Positions 18,917 through 29,478 are shown, counted from the stretch's first letter. The stretch is 64,000 nt of DNA from an uncultured virus (IMG/VR IMGVR_UViG_3300011215_000001) (IMGVR_UViG_3300011215_000001), one strand, 5' to 3'. Notes: generated from the sequence alone by a model not told the origin. Made by a program: numbers and translations.

Positions 18917-19444
18917 TTATAATAACCATTTTTTTGTTGTGAAGTACTTAATATCCACAACTTTATCTATTGGTATTCTGCCAGTAGTTCCTTGAAGAGT
19001 TAAAATCTCATCATTATTTTCATAAAAATTTTCTTTCAGCCAATCGAAGTTGAAGATATTTTCCCAATCAGACATATCTTCATTTTCATTGTACTTGTAG
19101 GATGAAAGCAAGTTGGTGTCTTCATTAAACACTCCATCGTTCAAAGGTATATGCCAAGCATCAAAATCAGAAAGGAGAACATCTTCATGGTTGAGCTCAA
19201 TAGTTAATAGCACAAATTTTTTTCTTGATACGATTGAATTTGTGAATCTGTACATTACAGGGAAGTCCACCCAAAGCCAAATAGGGTATTCACCTTTATA
19301 ATTTGGCAATCGTTTAGTCATTTGCTTAACCATCCATTTGTATTGTTCTGGATACATAGCATTCTCTTTGCTACCTTCCATGTAACCTAGCTTTAAGTAT
19401 TTTTTCCAAATTCTCCTTGGTTGTATACTATAAAATTTAGCCAT
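18917..19444 (-). CDS. DUF3841-family protein
   Basis: Y.WM..QM.KRL, YPIWLW, VLLSDFDAWH.PLN, W..IF motifs. Confidence 0.75.
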   Translation of the reverse strand: MAKFYSIQPRRIWKKYLKLGYMEGSKENAMYPEQYKWMVKQMTKRLPNYKGEYPIWLWVDFPVMYRFTNSIVSRKKFVLLTIELNHEDVLLSDFDAWHIPLNDGVFNEDTNLLSSYKYNENEDMSDWENIFNFDWLKENFYENNDEILTLQGTTGRIPIDKVVDIKYFTTKKWLL

Positions 19445-20042
19445 TTTGATTCTCGACTACTTTAAGCTCTGTTGGAGGCTCAAGGCTTGTTTCTAATTCA
19501 AGGACAGAGCACAATAAATCTAATGACTTCTTATCATTAGTGAGCTCGTATAACTTATCTATGACTCTTTCAGCTCTAGTATAATCTCTTTCAATTAAAG
19601 AAGAAAATACCATGTTGATATGAAGTAGCTTCCTTCTTAGTTCAGCTAATGATGTCTCGCTTTCATATAACCAAGGGAAGGAAAATGCATCTCTATCTGG
19701 GTTTCTAGTGTTATTAGTGTTTCTGTTTTTCTTGACTTCTTTACTATCTTCTTCTTGTTCAAGGATGAATTTGTTTAGATAAGATTCAATCATATCAATA
19801 GGGAAGTTAACATATTTCAATAATTGGTATGCTATGGAATACTTTAAAACAAGGATTCTACCATTTTCAATCGAGCTTACATACGCTCTTGATTTATTAA
19901 GTTTATCAGATAGCGTTTCAGCAGACACCTTAACTTCTTCTCTTATCTTTTTTAATTCTACTCCAAATTCGACTCCATTTAATTCCTTGTCTTTTTCTAA
20001 TATATTTTTCATGTAAAATCCTCCATAAATCAAACAACCCAT
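19437..20042 (-). CDS. XRE-family HTH transcriptional regulator
   Basis: FG.ELKKIREE..VS.E.LS..L..SRAYVSSIENG. Confidence 0.85.
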   Translation of the reverse strand: MGCLIYGGFYMKNILEKDKELNGVEFGVELKKIREEVKVSAETLSDKLNKSRAYVSSIENGRILVLKYSIAYQLLKYVNFPIDMIESYLNKFILEQEEDSKEVKKNRNTNNTRNPDRDAFSFPWLYESETSLAELRRKLLHINMVFSSLIERDYTRAERVIDKLYELTNDKKSLDLLCSVLELETSLEPPTELKVVENQNG

Positions 20043-20449
20043 TTATTATGCAAATCAGAAAATCCTATATAGATTAGATGTTCATATAGCTTTTGGATTA
20101 TCTCTACAGGAACATATGAGTAGGATAGACCAAACATATGTTCCGATAATTCGTTATTAAATTTAAAATCTGGGAATTCATCTATAACGTCTACAAAGTC
20201 TAAAGTACCTCTGTGAGAAACTGAAATTTCCATTGTTCTATATAAGTATAAATTATTTAAGGTTCTTTGTGGGTGACAATATGAGTGGCTACTAGCAAAT
20301 ACATGTATGTCGTATTCACCAATAGAAATAGGCTTGAACGTTCTTATAGTCAGACTATCGTCATTAATTATGTCAAAAGCTACTAAGATGTCTTCTGGGA
20401 TGATATCTCTATAATAACTGTTAATTTCTAGTTTATCAATATAATTCAT
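20030..20449 (-). CDS. Hypothetical protein
   Basis: 139-aa ORF. Confidence 0.55.
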   Translation of the reverse strand: MNYIDKLEINSYYRDIIPEDILVAFDIINDDSLTIRTFKPISIGEYDIHVFASSHSYCHPQRTLNNLYLYRTMEISVSHRGTLDFVDVIDEFPDFKFNNELSEHMFGLSYSYVPVEIIQKLYEHLIYIGFSDLHNKWVV

Positions 20450-20473
20450 CTAAGAGCCTCACAGTGGATTAAA

Positions 20474-21207
20474 TTAGCTATCTGCAAACTCTTTACAAGC
20501 CTTTTCGTGTATAGAGAACCATTCATCTACTGTGACACCTGCATGTTCAGCANNNNNNNNNNTAGATTCCAGTAGTATTCTACTGTATCCAAATTCTCTT
20601 TAAACCCAAATAAATTATATCCAGTAGGGAATTCCCCAAGAACAATAGGGAATGTATCAAAATCAAAATTAAACACTGTCTTGTTCTGATTTGCTGTAAG
20701 GTCAATAAGAGAGTCACCTAAAGTAAGCCATGCGTGAATTCCCATTTGTCTATCACCAAATAATTGAACTGCAATAAAATTTGAACCACTAGTTTTAAAA
20801 TCGTAAAAACCTTGATGATAAGTTAAGTTTGAAGGACTGACAATGTTGTTTCTAGTTAATAATCCATATAAAAGAGTACTCATATATATACAATAAGCAC
20901 CTTGATTCATATTCCAATAGCTAACTTCGTTTAGTAGTTCATGGGGTAGGCTAGAGTTGTAATGTGGGTCAATACCTATGTCTTGTGCCAAAACTATTTC
21001 ACACATATAATTTAAATAATTTGAAAACTCATCCTTATCATTAATCATACGAGCATTTTTAGCAATACTAATATTTTTCATTAACTGTGGTTTAGTCTTG
21101 ATGTAAGAATAACTTCTAGTCCATCTATTTTTAAACATATCATTTATATGTTTAGTTAAATCTTTGGTTGTTGCTTTTTTGTTTAATTTCACATCATGCT
21201 CAAACAT
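20474..21207 (-). CDS. Transglutaminase/papain-like Cys-His-Asp protein (spans an N-gap)
   Basis: GAYC..MS.LLY, HAW, IDLT; after the gap another frame reads AEHAGV...FADS* to 20474. Confidence 0.5.
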
Positions 21208-21272
21208 TATAAACGCTCCTTTATAACTCCCCTACCAATTCATATAATTGTAGTTATATGAATATTATGAAA

Positions 21273-22652
21273 TTATAGGGGAATTTTAACATATTCTAAT
21301 AAGTGTTTTGCTACTATAAGATACTTTTTTGAAACCTCATATCTCAAGTAGTTTAAATCAATATCTTTAATTCGTATTCTATCTAGAGCATCTGCATCAC
21401 ATAGTATTGAATATAATTTCCACGCTCTGTCTTTGTTTTTTATATCATAACTTTTTAAAACAGATTTTGCTTGTATATCTCCAACATCGTGATTTTCAAT
21501 GATGAATCTTATAATTTCTATATCCTTCATATTGCTCATCATTAGAATCTTAATGAATGGTTGAGCCTTTATCCAACTTCTCAAGCCATGATTAGGGTCT
21601 TCAAAATCATCAATTCTACCAACATCATGGAATATAGCAGAAATAGCTAATATTTCTATATCTTCTTTTCGCTGTACTCCTAACTCTTTAGCCAAGAACA
21701 TACTAGTAACAGTGACTCTAGTTGCGTGAAGTTTGCCATGAATACCATCTTTATATTCAAATCCCATATCAATGATATCTAGTAAATAATTTCTGTACTT
21801 GTGGAATACATCTAGATAATCAGTACCATCAATGCTTTCTAAAGCTTTTTTTGTAGATATTGTTTTAAATGCTTTTATTTTAACATTTTTTGCAATTACC
21901 TCATTTTCGCTACCTTTAAAGTTATCTATTACATCATTGATATGAACTTTTCCTTCATAAATAACTCCATCCATCGTGTATCTAGAAGCAAAGAAAATAG
22001 CAGTATTTATATCAGTTGTCCATGAATAAGCTTCATCTTTGTCTGTTGATTTGCTCTCTTGTCCTCTATATACTTTTACATATCCTTCACTATCAGTTTT
22101 AAGTGAAGATATACGATTAATTCTTTTTTCTCCAGAATGTTCAAGATTTTGGAAAAGTAGTTTTATTATTCTATCAAAACCTCTTTCACTTCTTTGATAA
22201 ACTTGAGCAATTACCTCATACTTTTTATCTTCTTTAATTTTATCAATTATTTTTTCAAGAGTCATTACTGTTGTTTGTTCATTCTGTAAAGCAAGTATTT
22301 TTTCATATTTGCCATTTTCTAAGTATTCTTTTTGATGTTGAATTTGATTTTGGTAAGCTTCTTTAAATTGCTCAAAAGCCTTGTTATTTTCAGTTTGAAA
22401 CAACTCTAAGTGAACTGGGAATACTATTATTCCATCTTTATAGAAGAAACAGAATTGCGTTTTTGGGTTGAAATATATCTTGTTTATATCTAGTTCGAAT
22501 TTAGCAATATTATTTTTATGTTCTTCACGTTCTGCATGAATTTCTAATATTACTCCACATTTTTCTGGATTGTCATAATATTCTTGAAATAAATAGAATT
22601 CATCATCATTAGTTTGATGAGTAATCTCATACATCATTTCTCCTAATCTCAA
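21273..22652 (-). CDS. ADP-ribosyltransferase-like plus HD phosphohydrolase fusion protein
   Basis: VYRG / SWTT....A.FFA / ENEV, then HG..H..RV, HDVGR, ENHD, DADALDR. Confidence 0.7.
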   Translation of the reverse strand: MRLGEMMYEITHQTNDDEFYLFQEYYDNPEKCGVILEIHAEREEHKNNIAKFELDINKIYFNPKTQFCFFYKDGIIVFPVHLELFQTENNKAFEQFKEAYQNQIQHQKEYLENGKYEKILALQNEQTTVMTLEKIIDKIKEDKKYEVIAQVYQRSERGFDRIIKLLFQNLEHSGEKRINRISSLKTDSEGYVKVYRGQESKSTDKDEAYSWTTDINTAIFFASRYTMDGVIYEGKVHINDVIDNFKGSENEVIAKNVKIKAFKTISTKKALESIDGTDYLDVFHKYRNYLLDIIDMGFEYKDGIHGKLHATRVTVTSMFLAKELGVQRKEDIEILAISAIFHDVGRIDDFEDPNHGLRSWIKAQPFIKILMMSNMKDIEIIRFIIENHDVGDIQAKSVLKSYDIKNKDRAWKLYSILCDADALDRIRIKDIDLNYLRYEVSKKYLIVAKHLLEYVKIPL

Positions 22653-22764
22653 CTAAAACTCCTACTTTCCCCTGCTAGCAATAGCATTTAGTTTTTTTAA
22701 CTCTCTCAGAACAAACTCTTTAGATATTACATTTTGCTCTTTGCTCTTCAATATACTTATTAAG

Positions 22765-23064
22765 TTATTGATTGATAATGTAAGCATGTTTTCTTCGTTG
22801 TTCATCATACTCTACACCCATTAGCTTTAACCTTTCATTAACTATATCTCTAATATTCAAATCAAGAATATTCCAATCACCATATTGATTTAAATTATTT
22901 TCTAACTCTTCTAAAGTGTTAAAGAATCCATTAGCTAATCCATAGCCATCTATACTGACCAATGCTTTCTTCAATCCTTTTACTGATGGTATATTTGAAA
23001 CTATGTAAGTACCTGTAACTTTACCATCATACAAATCTTGTACTATTGTCCCTAGTCTGAGCAT
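22765..23064 (-). CDS. Hypothetical protein
   Basis: 99-aa ORF with RBS. Confidence 0.55.
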   Translation of the reverse strand: MLRLGTIVQDLYDGKVTGTYIVSNIPSVKGLKKALVSIDGYGLANGFFNTLEELENNLNQYGDWNILDLNIRDIVNERLKLMGVEYDEQRRKHAYIINQ

Positions 23065-23089
23065 CTAATAATTATCCTTTTTCTCGAAA

Positions 23090-23121
23090 ATAGCGTTACA
23101 ACCAAAAATTGTAACGCTATC
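23090..23121 (-). terminator. Intrinsic terminator after the DndB-like gene
   Basis: TAGCGTTACA / TGTAACGCTA arms with an A run on +. Confidence 0.6.
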
Positions 23122-23132
23122 TCTCTCTTAAA

Positions 23133-24254
23133 TTAAGCTAATTTGTTTAGTTTATGAAGTCTGTCAGTTAGACGTAATCTAACACATCTTACTCCACCTT
23201 CATATCCACCTGTGAAATAGATATTGTTGTTAGCAGAAGTAACAAGTGTTCCACCATCATATTCCCACTCGCTTGTATTGTAAGTCCAATTAATATCTAA
23301 TGCTTTGTATAGATTTTCTGGGTCGCCAAGTAGGTTGTATTTATTTTCAGCAATGTATCTAGCAATCCCTTTAAATGCAAAGCTCTTTTCTAAGAAGTAC
23401 TTCCCTTTAATGTGTACATCTTCTGGTAGATATTCAAAGATTTTATTGTAAACATCATTGACTTCTTCTAAAATGATGTTATATGTTTCCTCATTTACAA
23501 AACTTCTATTTTGTTTTATTTCTTTTGCATACATAATCTTTAAGCTTTCATAGACAGTTGATAATAGAATAGTATTATCATTATTTCGATGTATACTTGC
23601 TTTTTCTAATTCAACACCCATTTTTTGCAAATGTTCATTTTTGAATGATAGCTCAGTAGCAAGTCTTGCGAATGGGTCAACTTGATTTAATTTAATGTTT
23701 ACATTCTTGGATACTTTTTGAGCAAGCGTATTTGTGTCATGGAATAATTGCTTCTCTTCTGCTTCTTCTAATCTTCCGAAAATAGTAACAGAGAATCCAA
23801 GAGTATTTAGTTTGTCCAACATTTCTTTAAGCTGTTCTTTTTTATCATTTTTACATTCATGAAAGTCTTTAGTTAATTGATTAATAGCTGAAATAGTTCC
23901 CATCATTCTGTGCTGTCCATCGTTTACTGATAATTTAACTTCTTTAATATTCATTGCAACTCGTTGTGTTGCATCATCGAAGAAAGTATTCCCTCTACAA
24001 GAAACAGTTATTGAAGGGAAAAATCTTAATGGCTTTTCTTCCATAAGACCAGTTAGAATATAGTTTTTAATTGAAACAACTTTTCTTGGGTTGATATCTC
24101 GTTGTACCTCTGGGAATACAGCTAAAAATCTTTCAAGGTCTTTAGCAAGTATAATAGTAGAATAAATGTCTCTACCAAATTGCTCTCCACGAATTGCAGG
24201 TAGTGTAGTGAAAGTATCTTGTTTAAGTTCTGTTTGTTCAATGTAATTTGACAT
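23133..24254 (-). CDS. DndB-like DGQHR (ParB-superfamily) protein
   Basis: VQR, FPSIT, NDGQHR, EEKQLFHDTN. Confidence 0.85.
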   Translation of the reverse strand: MSNYIEQTELKQDTFTTLPAIRGEQFGRDIYSTIILAKDLERFLAVFPEVQRDINPRKVVSIKNYILTGLMEEKPLRFFPSITVSCRGNTFFDDATQRVAMNIKEVKLSVNDGQHRMMGTISAINQLTKDFHECKNDKKEQLKEMLDKLNTLGFSVTIFGRLEEAEEKQLFHDTNTLAQKVSKNVNIKLNQVDPFARLATELSFKNEHLQKMGVELEKASIHRNNDNTILLSTVYESLKIMYAKEIKQNRSFVNEETYNIILEEVNDVYNKIFEYLPEDVHIKGKYFLEKSFAFKGIARYIAENKYNLLGDPENLYKALDINWTYNTSEWEYDGGTLVTSANNNIYFTGGYEGGVRCVRLRLTDRLHKLNKLA

Positions 24255-24279
24255 TTTGTTTAACTCCCTAGTTTTAAGT

Positions 24280-24981
24280 TTAGTTGTTTTCTTCTAATTT
24301 ACTTTTTGTGAAATCAAGTGAACTACCTTTTTCGTACCCTTCTTTCATAGAGTTTGCGACATTAGGATTCAACAACTCCCTATTTGGTACGCTATACTTC
24401 TTATTAACTAAATCTAATTCTTCGTAATAGTTTTGTACTGATTCTGGAACTAGTACTACTAGCCCAAACTCATTCCTAAGTGTAGAAATTTGTTCTTCGA
24501 AAGCACTTTTGACTCCTTGTAGGAAACCCATCATATATGCTTTTTTTCTTTCAGAACGGTTTATAGCATATTCTCTTAAATGCATTTCTGTGTGATATGT
24601 AAGAGCTTCTAATGCCAATTCATACATTTCAGTTGCCATAAGACTATCACTTTCTAATCCTATAAAAACATATCTTCTTCCAAGTGTAGGTGTTGAAAGA
24701 GTACGATAATACTTACATCTAAAGTTCGTAGCAATTATGCTAGCTAACTCTCTTTCGTACCATTTCATTCTTTTAAAATATTTACTATATCTTTCGACTA
24801 TCACATCATCATTAATTTCTTTGATTGACTCGTAATCTATGTTATGTTTCACCATTAATCTTTGAGCCATAAGTAAAGCTGATTTACATTCAGCATCACT
24901 TTTCTTGTCTCTTGCAATGTTTAGTAAGCCTCTAATTTTTTCAATAATTCTTTCTATGCCTTGCTCATTGCTTTTGTTCAT
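24280..24981 (-). CDS. DUF2786-domain protein
   Basis: IIEKIRGLL.IA...E..SALLMAQRLM.KHNI. Confidence 0.8.
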   Translation of the reverse strand: MNKSNEQGIERIIEKIRGLLNIARDKKSDAECKSALLMAQRLMVKHNIDYESIKEINDDVIVERYSKYFKRMKWYERELASIIATNFRCKYYRTLSTPTLGRRYVFIGLESDSLMATEMYELALEALTYHTEMHLREYAINRSERKKAYMMGFLQGVKSAFEEQISTLRNEFGLVVLVPESVQNYYEELDLVNKKYSVPNRELLNPNVANSMKEGYEKGSSLDFTKSKLEENN

Positions 24982-25036
24982 TGTTTCAAATCACCTTCCT
25001 TGACTCTACTTGGAACAAAATAAGAAATAAAAACTA

Positions 25037-25237
25037 TTAACTAATGCTTCTCTTTACTTTTTCTCTTTCCATCTTTTCAGCAATAGCATCTAAACAAAAT
25101 TGATGTTTTGATATTCTTTTATCGTCTTCATTCTTATATTTATTTAATTCTTCTATTATATCATTAATAGATTTATTAAACTCTTTATCAAATCTTAGAG
25201 GAAACTTTACTCCCGTCAAACTTTCACCACCAAACAA
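25037..25237 (-). CDS. Small ribbon-helix-helix-like DNA-binding protein
   Basis: KFPLRF strand plus two helices (ISKHQFCLDAI.EK). Confidence 0.5.
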   Translation of the reverse strand: MFGGESLTGVKFPLRFDKEFNKSINDIIEELNKYKNEDDKRISKHQFCLDAIAEKMEREKVKRSIS

Positions 25238-25281
25238 GTATATATTAAGTATTTCATGACGTTATCGTAGTAACCATAGTC

Positions 25282-25310
25282 ACTATACCATAGCCCTATT
25301 TCCAAGTCAA
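25282..25310 (-). promoter_or_regulatory. Sigma-A-type promoter
   Basis: TTGACT-17 bp-TATAGT with TG extension. Confidence 0.7.
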
Positions 25311-25313
25311 CAT

Positions 25314-25347
25314 AAAAAAGGTACACATTAGGTAGTGTACCTTTTTT
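25314..25347. terminator. Terminator after rusA
   Basis: AAAAAAGGTACAC / GTGTACCTTTTTT. Confidence 0.7.
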
Positions 25348-25936
25348 TAGTATTTTTACGCTCTACATACGCATTACATAAGGGTTTTGTTAATTCATTG
25401 GTATCTACTTCATCCCTAACAGTTCCGTTTAATGAGTCTTTTAGTATAGAACATTTCCCATTCCTGTAATTCTTGCAAGACTCACATTTTAACTCAAATG
25501 CTTTATAAATACTTAGATTTTCAAATATACCTTTAAAAGCTACTGGGTATATTTTCAGTTCTACTCTGGGATTTTTTGTATCATACAATATTTTTTGTGT
25601 CCTAACTAACACCCTAGAATCATTATCGTAAATTATCTTTTCTAGTGAATCATTTAATAACTTATATACATTGTTATCATCCATCCCTCTACGTGGGAAA
25701 TATATAACTGCATCTTGATACAAGTAAATATCTTTGGTTGCTTCATAATCCCATTCTTGATTTAACATTTGAGCTCTTGCTTCTCCCATAATTCTAGACT
25801 TAGTTTTCCTTCCTTCTTTAGAGAGAATTCTTCTACCAGTAATCTCAAACTTCTTGCTTTTGGGATTATATATACTTTGATTCACATATAAACTATTAAT
25901 AGATGTTGGCAAAGGTAGTACTAAATTCATTTCCAT
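25328..25936 (-). CDS. rusA: RusA-family Holliday junction resolvase with C-terminal Cys cluster
   Basis: LPLPTSINSLY, D.NN..KLL.DSL..IIY.ND, NPRVEL.I. Confidence 0.85.
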   Translation of the reverse strand: MEMNLVLPLPTSINSLYVNQSIYNPKSKKFEITGRRILSKEGRKTKSRIMGEARAQMLNQEWDYEATKDIYLYQDAVIYFPRRGMDDNNVYKLLNDSLEKIIYDNDSRVLVRTQKILYDTKNPRVELKIYPVAFKGIFENLSIYKAFELKCESCKNYRNGKCSILKDSLNGTVRDEVDTNELTKPLCNAYVERKNTKKRYTT

Positions 25937-25985
25937 TATCTCTGACCTCTTTCAAGCTAAAATTGTAAGAGTGCCTAAAGAGGGT

Positions 25986-28900
25986 TTAAGATACTTTTTT
26001 CTTTTTCTTCTTTTCTATTATTTCTATCCAATCAGAGAAAGTTTTTATTTTTCTTACTATGAATTCATCATGATTTCTTTTTACTAAGAATACTAGACTT
26101 TCTCCTTTTTCTATTAAGTTTTTATATTCTTGATACTCATTTGAGTAGCATCTTCCATTTATTAAACCATATGGAGTGAGAACTGATAGTTTAGCCCATT
26201 GTCCACCCCTTGATGATTTCTTTACAGTCTTGTTTACAACTACACCAAGCACAAGGATTTTTTCAGTGTCTTCACTGTATTCATAAAAATCTTTAGTTAT
26301 TCCATCATATTTCTCAAATGGACTTCTAGTTAAGAAACAACCAATAGTATCAAAATCGTAATAGGATTCGTCAGTTATGTATTTAGTTGAGAAATCAAGC
26401 ATGTGATTTTCAAGTCTAATTTTCTCTTTTTCTAAATATTCTTTCTTTTTGAATCTATTATATATAGATGTACGCTCATCTCTGCTCATCTCTTTAAATA
26501 CTTCTTTTGAAATAGACATATATTTCTCAAGGTCACTTCTACTTGGTGATGTAACTCGCTCTTTAAAGATTAAAGGACTATACATATGTCTACCTAAAAT
26601 TTGTAAGTTCCCTATTCTGTCCTCACCAAATGCTCCAGATTTAATTAAATTAACAAGTGAATCTGTTGCAACTTGAGGGAAACTATTATCTTTCTCAAGT
26701 TCAGTAGAAACAAAGCTAAGATATTCTTTTAAGCTATGGAACATTTCTTTATTGGCTTTTAAATGATGTTTTATAACGTCTACTGTAGGCTCTGCTACAG
26801 CTTTAACTCCAATTAGCCCAAATAAAATTTTATTACCATCTGTAGTAAATTTACCATCTGATTCATTTATATTTGGAGGACATATTTTAATCTTCATTCT
26901 TTCACATTCAGATATGTATTGAGCAACTTCTTCAATCTTATTAATAATAGAATTTAAAAGTGCTGTCATAAACTCTACTGGATGATAAACTTTCAGCTTC
27001 GCCATTTGGAAGGCAATGATTGCATATGCTATGGCATGTGATTTGTTGAATGAGTATGAAGCAAAGTCTAGCATAATTTGCCATAACGCTTCTAGTTGCT
27101 CTTCATTCCAATTTCTTTTAACTAAACCTGCAAACAGTTCTGTCTTAGCTTGCTTCATTTTCTTAAGATTCTTTTTCCCAGTTGCTTGTCTTAATAAATC
27201 TGGGTTTCTCATACCTGCAAGTCTTCCAAGTGTGATTAGCTGTTCTTGATAAACAAATATGCCATAAGTGTCACCTAGAACTTGTTCTAAGTCTGGATGC
27301 AAGTATTCAATTTTTTCTAAACCAAATTTTCTTTTAGCATAATGGTCAATGAATTTCATAGATGATGGTCTAAATAATGCGTTCGCTACTCCTAAATCTT
27401 CAATTCCATCTGGAAGGATTTTTCTAAGCATCTCTTTCATCCCTGCCGATTCAAATTGGAATATACCTTCTGTGTTTCCATTTCTAAATAGCTCTAAAAC
27501 CTTTTTATCTTTAAAATCTAGCTTGTCTGGACTTATGTAATCATAATCCTTGCCTATCATTTCTAAAGTATCGTAAATAACATCCAATGACTTTAAACCA
27601 AGCACATCTGCTTTTACTAATCCAAGGTCTTCTGCATCATTCATATCTCCTTGAATTACTACCCCTTTTTCACCTACAGCAACAGGCATATACCAATCCA
27701 CATCTTTAATTGAAACAATTTTTCCACAAGCATGGGTAGAGAAAGAACGTGGTACTCCTGCAAGCTTCATAGCATATTCAAAGAGTTTTGGATATTGCTC
27801 ACGATATTCAGAAAATTGATTTATTTCAATAGCATATTCAAGTGTTGAATCACCAAGTTCTTTCGTAATTTTGTTTGATATCTTATTAGGTATACCACGA
27901 ACACGACCAACATCTTTAACAGCAGACTTGTCCCAAATGTAATTGAACGTTCCAAGACTAGCGAATTTATCTTTACCATATCTTTTAATGATTGAATCCA
28001 CTACCGTATCCCTAGCTTTTTTACCAAAGTCGGAATCAACATCTGGTATCTTTAATTCTTTTCTTGTTATTTCACCTTTCTCTAAAAGTTCAACAGCAGA
28101 TACATCTATAAAACGTTCAAAATATAGTCCATATGGTATTGGGTCTATTTCTGTTATAGACAGCAGGTAAGCTATTAAACTCCCTCCAGAAGAGCCCCTA
28201 GCGATTCCTCTTCTCTTTACTGAGTTAACATAAGATTGAACAAATAAGAAATACCCTTCAAATCCCATCTTTTCAATTGCATTAAATTCATAGTTAAGAC
28301 GCTCTTTATAAATTTTGATTAAATTTGAATCTTTACGATTTATTTGTCTTCTTACCCAACCTTTATTGATTTCAGATTTTAAGAATGCAATTTCATTGTC
28401 AAACTCATCTGGTACATTAACATGAGGAATTATAGGCTCTGATAATGGAAGTGAAACATTACATCTATCAGAAATAATTAATGATGTTCTGACAGCTTGA
28501 GTAGCTTCATCTAAAGTAAGTCCAAACGTAGAGCTATTCATTAGCTTTCTAACTACTTCTTCTGCTCCCATCAAGTGAGTATCTTCATAAACCTCTCCTG
28601 CCTCTCTATTTGTTCCAATTTGAATAAAAATAGAGTGAAGTTCATGGTCTTCTTCTTCAACAAAATGACTGTCAGTTGTAGCGACATATTCTATATTTAG
28701 TTCTTTGGCTAAATCAATAATAGTTCTGTTTAGTTTTTGTTGGCGTTCATCTCTATGTGCTTGTACTTCTAAATAATATCTATCTCCAAAGATTTTTCGA
28801 TACCATTCAATAACACCTTTAGCATTGATGATGTTGTTTTCTGTAATTGTTACATCACCATCTCCAATCTTGCCCCCTGCTAGAGACTGTTGAAGTTCCC

Positions 28901-29357
28901 CTGCCATACAACCACTCAAAACAATGATACCTTCATTGTACTGTTCTAGAATCTTTCTATCGATACGAGGCTTATAGTAGAAACCCTCCAAATACCCTAA
29001 TGATGCAAGTTTATTTAGATTTAATCTACCTTTCTCGTTTTGAGCAAGTAATGTTAAGTGATAATATCTCTTAGTATTGTCTTTTATAAATCTATCATCT
29101 GTTATGTAAGCTTCCATTCCATAAATATGTTTGATATTTTGTTCTTTAGCTAGCTTATGTATTTTTACAGCACTGAATGTATTTCCATGCTCAGTAATAG
29201 CTACTGCCTTCTGTTTCAATGTAGCAACTTTTTGCACTACATCTTCTACCTTGCTTAGTCCATCTAGCAAACTGTAATTTGTATGAACATGCAAATTTAC
29301 AAAATCATCATACATTTGTTTTGTGAATTGAATTACTTTATCATGCAATTTACACAT
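25986..29357 (-). CDS. dnaE: DNA polymerase III alpha subunit
   Basis: LHVHTNYSLLDG PHP domain, RGSSGGSL, PDVDSD, YSFNKSHA. Confidence 0.97.
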   Translation of the reverse strand: MCKLHDKVIQFTKQMYDDFVNLHVHTNYSLLDGLSKVEDVVQKVATLKQKAVAITEHGNTFSAVKIHKLAKEQNIKHIYGMEAYITDDRFIKDNTKRYYHLTLLAQNEKGRLNLNKLASLGYLEGFYYKPRIDRKILEQYNEGIIVLSGCMAGELQQSLAGGKIGDGDVTITENNIINAKGVIEWYRKIFGDRYYLEVQAHRDERQQKLNRTIIDLAKELNIEYVATTDSHFVEEEDHELHSIFIQIGTNREAGEVYEDTHLMGAEEVVRKLMNSSTFGLTLDEATQAVRTSLIISDRCNVSLPLSEPIIPHVNVPDEFDNEIAFLKSEINKGWVRRQINRKDSNLIKIYKERLNYEFNAIEKMGFEGYFLFVQSYVNSVKRRGIARGSSGGSLIAYLLSITEIDPIPYGLYFERFIDVSAVELLEKGEITRKELKIPDVDSDFGKKARDTVVDSIIKRYGKDKFASLGTFNYIWDKSAVKDVGRVRGIPNKISNKITKELGDSTLEYAIEINQFSEYREQYPKLFEYAMKLAGVPRSFSTHACGKIVSIKDVDWYMPVAVGEKGVVIQGDMNDAEDLGLVKADVLGLKSLDVIYDTLEMIGKDYDYISPDKLDFKDKKVLELFRNGNTEGIFQFESAGMKEMLRKILPDGIEDLGVANALFRPSSMKFIDHYAKRKFGLEKIEYLHPDLEQVLGDTYGIFVYQEQLITLGRLAGMRNPDLLRQATGKKNLKKMKQAKTELFAGLVKRNWNEEQLEALWQIMLDFASYSFNKSHAIAYAIIAFQMAKLKVYHPVEFMTALLNSIINKIEEVAQYISECERMKIKICPPNINESDGKFTTDGNKILFGLIGVKAVAEPTVDVIKHHLKANKEMFHSLKEYLSFVSTELEKDNSFPQVATDSLVNLIKSGAFGEDRIGNLQILGRHMYSPLIFKERVTSPSRSDLEKYMSISKEVFKEMSRDERTSIYNRFKKKEYLEKEKIRLENHMLDFSTKYITDESYYDFDTIGCFLTRSPFEKYDGITKDFYEYSEDTEKILVLGVVVNKTVKKSSRGGQWAKLSVLTPYGLINGRCYSNEYQEYKNLIEKGESLVFLVKRNHDEFIVRKIKTFSDWIEIIEKKKKKKVS

Positions 29358-29478
29358 TATTCGCCCTCCTTATAGAACCATATTCTTAATACAAATAGAA
29401 ATAAAATAAAATTAATGGATATTGTATACACAAAAAATTCAATCATATTGTTCATGACAAATTTCTACCTTAAAGAAA

